64,000 nt of DNA from Dipteris shenzhenensis (Eukaryota), in NCBI GenBank assembly GCA_047967505.1, contig CM106538.1, one strand, 5' to 3'. Positions within the stretch are counted from its first letter, which is position 1; every line of letters starts with the position of its first letter. This document shows positions 26,201 through 39,442 of this stretch, one piece after another. The translations under genes were made by a program, and so were the position numbers. The notes beneath the pieces are model-generated. The model saw only the letters and a list, made by a program, of their open reading frames with translations. It did not search any database and was not told the origin of the DNA.

Positions 26201-28449
26201 TGTTCACAGAACCATCTGCATTGTGCTTCACCTTATAAACCCACTTACAGCCAATTGCATTCTTGTCTTTAGGCAAAGGCACCAATTCCCATGTAGTATT
26301 TGCTTCCAAGGCATCCATTTCTTCATCCATGGTTTTCTCCCATTTTTCCTTTCCCCGGGCTTGCTCAAAAGACATGGGTTCTGGTTCCTATATCACTTTG
26401 ACCATATAGGCATAGTGAATGGCTGTAAATCCATCATATTCTAGCCTATCCACAGGATACCTTGCTCTGGTAGACCTACACCAAATAGGCTCACTTCCAG
26501 GTGCTCTCAAAACGTCCCTGGTCTTCCTTACTCTAGGTATAACAACAGAAGGAATACCCAACTCATCATCAATGCTCTGTTCTGAGCCACTGGATTCACC
26601 ATCCACATAAGAGTGACTTGCATTCACATCAAACATGGGCTGATCTACCTTCTCTTTTCCTTTTTGTGATACCTGCATACCACTATCTACATTGGTTTGA
26701 GGAGATTCTCTTGATCTCAATCTGCCTGTCCATGGTGAAGTATGTGAACCACTGCTAGAGGACACTGCAGGTCTACTAATATTTTGTGATTACTGCTGTG
26801 AATTCTGTGCAGCATTACCATTTTGTGCATCTACATCATCAATCACATTTACTGGTTTATACCAGCTGCTCATCTCATCAAAAACAACATCTCTGCTCAC
26901 TGTAAATTTACGAGTAGAAGGGTTATAGCATCTATACCCTTTCTGCTATAAAGAATAACCAATAAAGATGCACTTCTCAGCTTTTGGATCCAACTTGGAC
27001 TGCAACTCATCTGGCACATGGACATAGGCAATGCAACAAAAAATTTTCAAATGAGAAATATCTAGTTTCCTATCAGTATACATCTCCTCTGGCATCATAC
27101 CATGTATTGCTATAGTGGGTGTCCTGTTCATTATGTAAATTGCTATAGCAACTGTTTCAGCCCAATAATAATCTGGTAGGTCCTTTTCATTTAGCATGGC
27201 TCGAGATACCTCTCCAATATGCCTATTTTTCCTTTCTGCAAGTCCATTTTGCTGCGGGGTATGACAGCATGAATATTGCTACTTTATGCCATGCTCTTGT
27301 ACGAATCATGCAAACTCATTTGAGAGGTACTCTCCCCCTCCATCTGACCTTAGGCATTTTATTTGCAGGCCTATTTCTTTTTCAACCATAGCTTTAAAAG
27401 CTTTGAAATGCCCAAACACTTCACTTTTCTTTTTCATAAAATACACCCAAACTTTTTTGTTGTAGTCATCAATAAAAGTGACAAAATAATGATAGCCTCC
27501 AATAGATGCAGCTTTAGTAGTCCACACATCAGAGTGGATTAATTCCAATGGCTTCTTACTCTCTTGAACATGTCTAGGAAATGGTTTCCTTGCCTGTTTT
27601 CCAAATTGACAGGCTTCACATATCTTATACATTTCTACAACCTTGAATTTAGGCAATCCTGCAACAATATGTTGGGCCTGCATTGATTTAAGTCACTGTA
27701 CATTAACATGACCAATGCGTTTATGCCAGATATCAATATCTACAACTACACCGGTCCCATGTGCAAACATTGCTGCACTCAATTCAGGCATGTCCATATC
27801 CAACGTAAACATCCTTCCCTTCTTCTTACCTTTTACTATCAAGCGACCATTATTTTTCATATCCTCAACAAAGCATCCATGAGGATTAAATCTGATTTGC
27901 AAGCCCTGCTCAACCATTTGACCAACAGAAACCAGGTTCTTGGTGATATTCAAGACATGAAATATGTTAGACAGGTATTTCTTTTTCTCATCCTGCATAG
28001 ACAAAGAAATTTTACCAATCTGCACAATAGGATGTGCAGTATCATCACTAGTCTCCACAAATCCTAGTCTTTTCATTTTCCTTGCATCCTGCATCCATTC
28101 TGCATGCCCTGTCATGTGGTTTGATGCACCTGAGTCAACATGCCATGCATCATTGCTTTCTTCTACACTTGTCACAGAATTGGTCATGTGCTGCACCATA
28201 AACAGATGCTCATTTCTGTCATCACCCTGTCTACTAAAAGATGCATAATTCCCTTGCTGCAATTTTCCATTCATGATGTCATTCTGCTTCTTATAGTAGT
28301 CTTTAGACATATGACCCATTTTACCATAGTAGTAGCATTCAACATTGCTATTTGCATTTTGGCCTCTCTGCCATCCACCACGACCTCTTTGGCTCCCCTT
28401 GCCTCTAGAGTTACCACGTCCTCCATAGGACTGGTTTTCTTGAGTTTGG

Positions 28450-31400
28450 CCAAAGGGCATTGCAGGGTTGGCCCTTTTGACCAAAGGGAGATGCACGCTC
28501 ACCCTCCCAGTGGCAGTGCCACCCACCCTCGCCACCCAACTGCCCAGTTCGCCCACCACCCCACCCCCTCCCCCTAACCTCCCTCACCACCCTCCCTTCC
28601 CCCTACCCAGCGCCGTTGCGATGACCTCCCCCCCCTACACCCCTCTCCCCCCACCCCCTCGCCCCTCCCCTCCTCTGCACTCCCCTCCGCCCCCGTCCCC
28701 TAGCCCCTCCCCTCCCCTGCACCCCCTTGCCTCCACCCGGCGAACAAACCCCCCTTGTTTCCCCCCCTGCATGAAAAATCCCCCTCGGCCACCGCCGCTT
28801 CATCTTCCCCCCCTCACATAGTTTTTTTTTTTAAAACTTACCTAAACACTAAACTAACTCTAGGTTAGATCAACTTAGGTTAAGTTAGTCACACCTAGGT
28901 TAGGTTAGATTAGTCCAATTCAGTAGCTTCGATTAGGTTAGATTAACCTAGGTTAGTTAGTCTAACTAGGTTAGTTATTGATAGTTAGGTTATTCTAACT
29001 AACTTTCAGTTAGTAACTAACTATAATTAGTTAACTTAGTTAGGTTAACCTCCTAGTTACAATAACTGGGAGGATATAGGTTAGTTAACCTAACTAGATT
29101 CACTCAATTACAACCCCTTAACTAGACTTAAAGTCCATTCACACCACCCTTAGGACACCCCCCCCCCACAAAGCAAATTTTACCCCTACTTTAACCCCTT
29201 GTAACTCATCCATTTGGGACCCAAATTGGACCCCGTTTGAACCCAAATTTCACACATGGAAACATCACATTACGGGGTATTTTTCCAGCCCATTGCACAC
29301 TATTTTGATATCCCTAGCACTTGTTCATTTGTGCCCCCGTGTGGACCTCGTTTTGCACAAATTCATCTTCATGCCGTGACCTTCGATTAACGATCCTTCT
29401 GCACCGGCACAATTCCCTACACACGTAGGACAATCTAAGGCACATTGTTAACATGATGGTCCCTACACAAACTAACACCACTCTAACCCTCCCAACAAAA
29501 CTACATCCACACCCACACTTGTGGTAGAGACAACCTTGGCAAATCTTGCCCAATCTGCATGCAACTACGTTTCAGCCAACACTTTCGACTCCAATGCTTA
29601 CCACATCCGCATACAACTCTACTGCAACAACTGCCCCCGCCAATCCTCTACCCTAAATCCCCCCTTGAAATTCAATCACTCCCTTTAACTCCTCCACGCT
29701 CCAACATGGCTGGACGCCATCATGACAATGATGGGGATATTGACGTCGATGCAGAGGCTGACAATTTCTTTAATCAAAGAAATAACAACAATCAAGGCCG
29801 ACGCCCCTTGGGAAAACTGAAACTTCCCAAATATAATGGTAGGGGAGATCCAGCCTGATTCCTCCAGCATTTTGATGCCACATGCGAAGCAGGTGGAGAT
29901 CAATCCCATGAAACCAAGGTGGCTTGCTTTCCCATGGCCTTAATTGATGAATCATTTGAATGGCACCTAGACCTTCTACTGGAAGAGCATGCCACATGGG
30001 ACCTACTTCGAATAGAATTTAAAAGATGCTTTCAAACAGAGAGGCTACAAGATGATCCCACTCTTCAACTAAGCAAGATCGAACAAGGCCAACGAGAAGA
30101 TGCACGCATGTACCTGAGTAAGATGTACCCACGTCCAGATGCAAAGTACCTCACGGCATGGTTCATAGCAGGACTAAGAAAGAAAATCCAAAAGGATATG
30201 AAAAAGATAAGCAGCTATGAAACGTTCAGTCCTGCTCATGCGTCCTGCTCATGCGGCAGCCATTAACATCGAGGATGGCATGACTGACTCAAACACTAGC
30301 AATGATGATGGCAGATCTAGTACACATGATTAGTGCTCAAAAAAGGGCAAATCAAAGGTAACTGCTGAAACATCAAATGAAGATCGCCTAGAGGCCATGA
30401 CCCTGAAGCTGAAAGAAGATATGATGCAGGCCATGGAACAAAAACTTTAATTGTCTCAGCCGCAAACTCAAACAATCCATGGGGAGAAAATGTCTGGTGT
30501 CCACATTGCATGGCCAATCATACACCAAACGAGTGCCTGGTCCTAAGAGCTAGGATCGCTGCATAGGGAAATCCACCACCAAGGTTGTGGTGCCATATCT
30601 GCATCATCAGTGGCCATGATGAGAATAGTTGCATCTTCAACATGCGCAACAACCCGCCTCGACCTCAACAATACCAAGTGGCACCCATGCCAGTATATAG
30701 GAAATCGGCACTTGCACAAGTGCCCCTAGCTTCGAGACTAAATCCAATTCCCATTCAAACACAAGTCCCACAACTACTCAGGAATCCGAATCCACGACCA
30801 TATCCAAGAGCACCAAATCTAGCTCCTCAGGCAGTTCCAATACATCAATTACAAGCCGAGGAAGTAGACTCGTTATTTGAGTATGAAGCATAGTACCCAG
30901 TGTACTATGTAGAAGGTGCAGAGGGTCTAATACCAATTTATGCAAATCAAGTACGACCCAACACATTTAGAGCACCAATCAAGTGCTACGGTTGTGGAGA
31001 AAATCACCGGATCGCAGAGTGCCCTCATCGTGGTAGCCCACCTACTTTCCAACCACTTTGCAGAGATTGTGGCATAGGACATGCCTGTATGGATTGTCCC
31101 ATGAAAAATAAGATCCCAGAACAAATAGAGGTTAAGCCTGACGTCCCCATCAGCATCATTGGGGTGAACCATCAAAGTCTGTGTCCGGCTAGTGTAAAAT
31201 CACAACCTGTAAATGTAATTACACGCCAACAAAAAGAGGCCACCAAGGACCCTAACATTCCAATCCAACCAAAGCAACTTCTGAAAAAGAAAGCACAAGT
31301 ATCTCCACCTCCACCAAGAAATGAGCAGTTGAGCTCATCCACATCAACTCCCAAGCCTCACAGAAAAGAAGCTCCATACCCAAATGTAGAGGTGGAGAAG

Positions 31401-31870
31401 GCTCGTTTTTAGGCACTTCAACAATGGGTACAAAATGGACAAGATCAATTTGAGGCTAAGAAACAAGCTCAAGACCCAATCCATGACTTGGCCCCACAAA
31501 GTAATGATACTGTACTCGAGCCTTTGTTCCAACAACAGACTCCACAACAAAATGTACCGCCATGCCAACTTGAAGGAGCCGCACTCTCTAGCATCCTGAG
31601 TGCCCTGTGTCAATTCCCATCGGAATCCTCCTACAGAATTGTCCCAATCACTAGGAGAGTTTCAAAGGATGGATTGAACTCGCAAATCCCCCTCCACCTA
31701 TGAACAGCATCGAACATATACCTATGTAGATGGGTCAGAGATATGGCATACGCAACATTACTGTGCCTTTGATCCACAAGGCACATAATGAAGATCAAGC
31801 CATAGTGGATGGTGGAGCAGGTGTAAATGTCCTATCCAAGGAGCTCTACGAAGAATGGGGTCTCCCACCA
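28450..31870 (+). mobile_element. Degenerate Ty3/gypsy 5' part: C-rich and TTAGG-like leader, Gag (from about 29706) with four Cys-His knuckles, start of protease
   Basis: LPKYNGRGDP..FLQHF..TWDLLRIEF retrotransposon-Gag signature; knuckles at 30498, 30591, 30984 and 31059; VDGGAGVNVL at about 31805. Confidence 0.78.
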
Positions 31871-32739
31871 AATACAAGTCTAAAGCAGCCTTGAAGCTTG
31901 CCTAAGAAGGCTGATTAACATACACTTCTTGAATTCAAGATAGTTCATAAGCTACTTCCAAGCTACCTCTACAAGAAGGAAGATGTGACAAAATAGAGAT
32001 ATTGAAAAGCTTCAAGGACTCATTATCCACGTTTAGTGAACAATGCAGAAAGATTAAAAATCAAGATATTGTTAGCAATATATGAGAACTAGGAAGCTGA
32101 GATGAACAACCTTGAGGTTAATGCAATATGGAGGCAGATTCTTCAAAGGATGAGCCAACGGATGAAGCTCATGAATTTGAGCTAGCTTTGCAAAAAAATG
32201 CTATTACTCTTCAAGCAATGGCCACCCTTCAAAACAAGAGGAGAGCATGCAAGATAGGCATCAAAGTCCAGGAGTCAAATCCAAAAGGAAAAAGAATGTT
32301 AAATAAACCAATGTCAATGGTTACTTACAATGCTGTGGTCTCATAGACCCTTACAGAGCTATGGAGCTAACTCAATGGCTCAGGTATAATATGCTTTCTC
32401 TCACTTTTCCTGCCCTCCGAGAGACGTAATAGTGAGATTCTTACAAATAGATGGAAAAAGAGGAGAATAGGAGAACATGATTCTCTTTTAAGCAACTAAA
32501 GGCAAAGGGGATACATGCATTGTTCATTGTCAAAAGTTTCATAGAAGACTGGCAAGGCTTTGAAGATGATTATTAAGAGTGTTCATATAGTGCTGGTCTC
32601 TATTTACTACCCTACCCTACCTCTTGTTCATTTAGGAAGGATGGTTGGACTGATTTACCTTTTCATGGAGATAATTTCCCTAGGCTAGGGGATCTTAACA
32701 TGGTTGAGATAAAAAAGGATAGATGTACAATAAAATTGG

Positions 32740-32958
32740 CTGAGATGTCACTTTGTCTAACAGACAGCTTGGGGATTCTTGGAGAGGCCAAATTAGAATT
32801 GATGCCTGTACGATTTCCCTTGATAGTAGATCATGGACAACATCATCCACACTGGATCACATCTCCACCCCTAGAGATCTTCTAGAGGAGGGAAAACATG
32901 GAGCATATTGTGGCATTGTAGACTTCTAGAAGGCCTTGATTTTATACCACAGGTTTGC
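32740..32958 (+). mobile_element. Degenerate LINE (non-LTR) RT remnant, left part; right part at about 38207-38260
   Basis: 32846-32955 translates STLDHISTPRDLLEEGKHGAYCGIVDF*KAL (resembles STxDHIFTL..FVDFxKAFD); 38210-38260 translates TSTIRVEPGCPLSP (resembles GVxQGCPLSP). Confidence 0.7.
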
Positions 32959-35900
32959 TGTTGAGATATCGAGCTCCACTCAAGATATGCCAGGGTGACC
33001 GTTGTGTACTTATGTCACCGACTTGTTAGCTGGAGATGCGGTTGGTACACCGCCCACGAATAATAGCTGGATGACAGCTATCCTTATCTACTATAGTTTG
33101 TGGCTTAGTTAGTATGCCACCTTAGTTAGTTGAGTTTGGTTTGAGACCCACATATAGGGTTCTTCTATTTCTTTGTACTAGAGTTCTTTTGGCTTACACA
33201 ACTAAGAAGAGGAAAACTGTTTTTCAGCCTCCACCTTCGTGTGTATTCCCCCATTGTGCATGTGAGAAAGCCTCAAGTGAGACTCCTTCCCTCTCTCCCA
33301 CAATCTTCAGATGGTATCAGAGCCTTGTTCGTGGTAAGGAGCTCAAGAAAGCAAGCCAAGTTCGTGGTGTCCTGGTAAGAGGACCAGTGTTGCTTTCCTA
33401 TTTCGAGTTTGGGAGCAAATCTCTGCAGGTAGCACAGCCAGAAGTGCAGGAGTGCACTGTTTCAGATTGAGACATCCTTCGCGGTGTGGCGAGAGTGCAG
33501 TATATGCTGCGGGCGGGGGCGAAGCCCTCAGTGACTTTATTTTTCTGATTTGAGGCCGTTTCGGGGCCCGTTTTGAAGGCGGAAGTTCTTCGCAGGCACT
33601 CAGAAAAAGGCCCTATTTTTTGCTGTGCGACCACTACGCGGCTAGTCGGTGAAAAGGTGCCATAGAAATTGCATCGTATGCCTGTGTGCAGAGATATTGG
33701 GAGTTGCAGATTCATGCCTATTGCCTGTTGATGCAAAATCGTCACTAGGAAGTGACTGTGTGGTGAAATACCACTCTCGTCGGTTTTGCATATTTGTCCG
33801 TGTGAGGCAAAAGCGATGTTTTTTGCAGTGACAGAATATTTTGCAGTGTTCTGTAATGGCATCTGATTCTCTTTCACAGATTGTCACTGAAAAGCTTGAC
33901 AAGAACAACTTCCAGGCATGGAAGTTTAGAATGACGAATTTCTTGATGGGAAAAGGCTATTGGGAATTCATTACAGGAAATGAAGAAGAACCTGTTCTTC
34001 CTAATGTTCCCAGTCAACAGGAAATGCAGGCATTCAAAGGATGGCATGAGAGAGCTAGGAAAGTTATGTACTGGCTGTCTATTAGTATTTCGGACTCCAT
34101 GATTGTGCATATTCAGGATGCAAATACGCCAAAGGAGGCATGGGATACTTTGGCAAAAATGTATAGCACAAATACGCAAGCCAGGAAAATGCAACTCAAA
34201 CAGGAGTTGCACAATGTGCAGAGAGAAAATTTGAGCATAAATGACTACCACATGAAAGTGAAGAAAATTGCAGATGCACTTGCTTCCATTGGGTCGCCAG
34301 TGGATGATGATGATTTGGTTCTTGTGACCTTGAATGGTCTAGGAAAGGATTATGCACAGTTCCGGACATCCATTGCCGTCCGTGAAAACTTTCCTGATTT
34401 TGAGGAGTTGATTGCTCTTCTAATTTCTGAAGAGCAGAGAAATGGGGGTGCATCTTCTTCAACAGGAACTTCAAAAGAAACTGTCTTCTACTCAAATGCT
34501 GGCAGAGGTAGAGGCAGAGGTAGAGAAGGCCGATCTGCAGGCCGTGGTAGAAATCAGAATATGCAGCAAATGCAAGAAAACCAGTCCTATGCAGGAGGAC
34601 GTGGTAACTCTAGAGTCAGGGGGATCCAAAGAGGCCGTGGTGGATGGCAGAGAAGCCAAAATGCAAACAGCAATGTTGAATGCTACTATTGTGGCAAAAT
34701 GGGTCATATGGCTAAAGACTGCTACAAAAAGCAGAATGACATTATGAGTGGAAAATTGCAGCAAGGTAATTATGCATCCTCTAGTAGACAGGGCGAGGAC
34801 AGAAATGAGCATTTGTTTATGGTGCAGCATATGACAAATTCTGTAACAAGTGCAGAAGAAAGCAATGATGTGTGGTATGTTGACTCGGGTGCGTCAAACC
34901 ACATGACAAGTCACGCTGAATGGATGCAGGATGCAAGAAAAATGGAAAAACCAGGATTTGTGGAGACTGGTGATGATACTGCACATCCTATTGTGCAGAT
35001 TGGCAAAATTCCTTTGTCTATGCAGGATGGGAAAAAGAAATACTTGTCTGATGTATTTCATGTCCCGAACATCACCAAGAACCTGGTTTCTATTGGTCAA
35101 ATGGTTGAGTAGGGCTTGCAGGTTAGATTTAATCCTCATGGATGCTTTGTTGAGGATATGAAAAATAACGGTCACTTGATAGCAAAAGGAAAGAAGAAGG
35201 GCAGGATGTTTACGTTGGATGCAGACATGCCTGAATTGAGTGCAACAATGTTTGCACATGGGACCGGTGTAGTTGCAGATATTGATATCTGGCACAAACG
35301 CATTGGTCATGTTAATATACAGCAACTAAAATCAATGCAAGCCCAAAATATTGTTGCAGGATTGCCTAATTTCAAGGTTGCAGAAATGCACAAGGTTTGT
35401 GAAGCCTGTCAATTTGGGAAACAGGTAAGGAAACCTTTTCCTAGGCATGTTCAAGAGAGTAAAAAGCCATTGGAATTAATCCACTCTGATGTGTGGACTA
35501 CAAAAGCTGCATCTATTGGAGGCTGTCACTATTTTGTCACATTTATTGATGACTTCAGCAAAAAACTGTGGGTGTATTTTATGAAAAAGAAAAGTGAAGT
35601 GTTTGGGCACTTCAAAGCTTTCAAAGCTATGGTTGAAAAAGAAACAGGCCTACAAATAAAATGCCTAAGGTCAGATGGAGGGGGAGAGTACCTCTCAAAT
35701 GAGTTTGCAAGGTTCTTGCAGGAGCATGGTATAAAGCAGCAATATTAATGCAGTCATACCCCACAGCAAAATGGAATTGCAGAAAGAAAAAACAGGCATA
35801 TTGGAGAGGTATCTCGAGCTATGCTAAATGAAAAAGATCTACCAGATTATTATTGGGCTGAAGCAGTTGCTACAGCAGTCTATATAATGAACAGGACTCC

Positions 35901-38206
35901 CACTGCAGCAATACATGGCATGACGCCAGAGGAGATGTATACTGGTAGGAAACTAGATATTTCTCATTTGAAGATTTTTGGTTCCATTGCCTATGTCCAT
36001 GTGCCAGATGAGTTGAGGTCCAAATTGGATCCAAAAGCTGAGAAGTGCGTCTTTATTGGTTATTCTCTGCAGCAGAAAGGGTATAGATGCTATAACCCTT
36101 CTACACGTAAGTTCACAGTGAGCAGAGATGTTGTTTTTGATGAGATGAGCAGCTGGTATAAACCAGTAAATGTGATGATTGATGTAGATGCACAAAATGG
36201 TATTGCTGCACAGAATTCACAGTAGCAATCACAAAAAATCAGTGGACCTGCATTGTCCTCTAGCAGTGGTTCACATACTTCACCATGGACAGGTAGATTG
36301 AGATCAGGAGAATCTCCTCAAAGCAATGCAGATAGTGGTATGCAGGTATCACGAAAAGGAAAAGAGAAGGTAGATCAGCCCATGTTTGATGTGAATGCAG
36401 GTCACTCTTATGTGGATGGTGAATCCAGTGGCTCAGAACAGAGCATTGATGATGAGTTGGGTATTCCTTCTGTTGTTACACCTGGAGTAAGGAAGACCAG
36501 GGATGAAGACCAGGGATGTTTTGAGAGCACCTGGAAGTGAGCCTATTTTGCACAGGTCTACCAGGGTTAGGTATCCTGTGGATAGGCTGAAATATGATGG
36601 ATTTACAGCCATTCACTATGCCTATATGGTCAAAGTGATACAGGAACCAGAACCCACTTCTTTTGAGCAAGCCATGGGAAATGAAAAATGGGAGAAAGCC
36701 ATGGATGAAGAAATGGATGCCTTGGATGCTAATGCTACATGGGAATTGGTGCCTTTGCCTAAAGGGAAGAATGCAATTGGTTGTAAGTGGGTTTATAAGA
36801 TCAAGCACAATGCAAATGGTTCTGTGAATAGATACAAGGCAAGATTAGTTGTCAAGGGGTATGCACAGACATATGGCATTGATTATGAAGAAACTTTCAG
36901 TCCGGTTGCAAGGATGGCAACCGTAAGAGTAGCCATTGCTATGGCTGCATCAAAGGGATGGTCTTTACATCAGATGGATGTAAAGAATGCCTTCTTGCAT
37001 GGTGATTTGCAAGAAGAGGTCTTTATGGAGCAGCCAGCAGGTTATGTTCATGCTACTCATCCTGAGTTTGTTTGCAGGTTGAAGAAAGCCTTGTATGGCT
37101 TGAAGCAAGCACCTAGAGCATGGTCTGACAAGATAGGATAGTATCTTGTCACTATTGGCTTTCAGATTTCCAAGGCAGATTTCTCACTCTATGTGAGAAA
37201 AACAGAGAAAGGGATTATGCTGCTGGTCATTTATGTTGATGATTTGATCATCACAGGTGATAGTGATGAAGATATCCTTCATGTGAAAATGCTATTGAGG
37301 CAGAAGTTTGAGATGAAGGATTTGGGAGAGCTGCGTTATTTCTTGGGCATTGAGGTGATTAGATCACCAAGTGGGATACAGCTCTTGCAGAGGCAGTATG
37401 GATTGGACATGCTGTCCAAATATGGGATGACAGGCTATAAGCCTATTTCAGTTCCTTTGGAGCAGAATGTGAAGCTGAGCACAGATGCAGGTGAGCTTCT
37501 GGAAGACCCTACTATGTACAGACGCATAGTAGGAAGTTTGATTTACATGACTATTACCAGGCCAGATTTGAGCTATGCTATTGGGTTGGTAAGTCAGTTT
37601 ATGCAGGCTCCAAGAAAACCGCATTTGGATGCGGCTAGATGCATACTCAGGTATGTGAAGTCCACATTGCAGTATGGACTATTTTATGAGGCTGGGGTTC
37701 GGATACAGTTGCATGGATACACTGATGCTGATTGGGCTGGTAGCATTTCTGATAGACGATCTACCAGTGGATATGTGTTCTCTTTTGGGAGTGCTGCAGT
37801 CACTTGGAGCAGCAAGAAACAGCCTACAGTTGCCTTGTCGAGCACAGAGGCTGAGTACAGGGGTGCAGCAATCGCTGCATGTGAGGTAGCTTGGTTGCAT
37901 AAGCTACTCTATGATATGCATCAGTCTACAGATGGGCCAGTTGTCATTTATTGTGACAACATGAGCAGTATACACTTGGCAAAGAACCCAGTCTTTCATG
38001 CCAGAACAAAGCACATTGAGGTGCATTATCACTATGTGCGGGAGAAGGTTTTACTAGGTCTTATTGATCTAGTTTATGTCAGCACAGAGGATCAGGTAGC
38101 TGACATATTCACGAAAGCATTGGGCGCAGAGAAGCTGCGCAAGTTCAGAGACCTGCTTGGTGTGTGCAGGATTTGGGATTGAGCTCGAGGGGGAGTGTTG
38201 AGATAT
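32959..38206 (+). mobile_element. Copia A3: 5' LTR 32959-33311, PBS 33312-33324, gag-pol with stops and frameshifts, 3' LTR truncated after 11 bp
   Basis: ORFs 33841-38182 colinear with A2; 13-bp duplication GAAGACCAGGGAT at 36492-36517; PPT then TGTTGAGATAT 38196-38206. Confidence 0.93.
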
Positions 38207-39403
38207 TCAAAGGATTTGACTAGTACCATTAGGGTGGAGCCGGGGTGCCCCCTCTCTCCATTGCCATTGGCCTCAGGTGAATACAATATCACTTCTCTTT
38301 GATTCTCTCGTTCAACCAATGGCCCCATATATAAGTGTTTTTTAGGTACTTGGACCTCAGAAGGATGAGAGGATTGGTTTTGAGAGACTGCAAGTCATGA
38401 TGTTATCTCGCATGATGCAAGGGAAGAAATGTACTCCACATGACATTATCCAATTATGGACTTCCTATATGAGCAGTGCCCTACATTTTCAATACTCACC
38501 AAACTATTATCTAGACTCATGAGGCTTGATGCTGGACCTAGTCTCAATAACAAGAGAACATGGGCTTCTTCACAATAGCTAGATGAGAAATGGAGCCCAC
38601 TTTTTAGAGATGTTTGATCAGCGAGAGACCAGCCAGACCAATTAGAGGCACCCTCATTGCTGCACCACAATGTTAAGCTATCTCATGATGCCGACAGGTC
38701 AGATCCATGGAGAAGATGACAACAAGAAATGTCATACATGTTTCATAGACATTAAGAATTCTGTGGGACCCTAGTTAGGCCCTCACAGAGCTTAAATTTC
38801 TCATAGATGGCACATGATTAGAATCACTTACTACACACAGTTGAGTGTAGTTCTATTTCTACATCTAGTTTCAACATTAGATTCTTATGGGTGTGCTAGA
38901 CATGTCTAGATCTTCTACCAGACTATGGTTTGGACTCAAGTTTGATGCTAGACATGGTCCTTATTAACAAGACAATAGAGACTCCTTCTACAGATGAGAG
39001 GAGCCCATACTTATTAAGATCACGATTTTGAGCTTGTTGATCTCCATAGATCTTGGGTCAACAACAGACTAGGCATTGGTTCATTGAGTTCCCATTCGGA
39101 GGCAGTTGCATCGCATCAAGCTACCTCACGATGCCCACAGGTTGGTCTAAGGGCTCAAAGTTGTAGATCTTGGCCATATTTCAAAGGCCCTTGGACTCAT
39201 AGTGGAACCCTAGTCAAGTTGACTCGAAGTTCAAATGATGCACATGAATCACCCTCTAGAAACACATGGAGCATATTGTTGCTTTTGCCTGTAGCTTCAA
39301 CATTAGATTCTTATGGGTGTGCTAGATATGTCGATCCCTTACCATGGCTTGATGCAAATTTCATTTGGTCTAGTAAACCTCCTTGGTGCTCTGCAGATGG
39401 TAA

Positions 39404-39442
<39 letters not shown>

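Larger units (their letters stand above)
7755..28449 (-). mobile_element. Copia A1 (outermost host of the nest): 3' LTR 7755-8105, RNaseH 8106-8483, rest of pol and gag at 25261-28449; 5'-truncated
   Basis: RNaseH ORF 8066..8464 continues at 25261; degenerate RT, INT, PR and zinc-knuckle ORFs to 28449. Confidence 0.92.

Noticed and set aside
31870-32700. Short ORF 32128..32346 and surrounding sequence
   Set aside because: No recognisable domain; probably decayed TE sequence.
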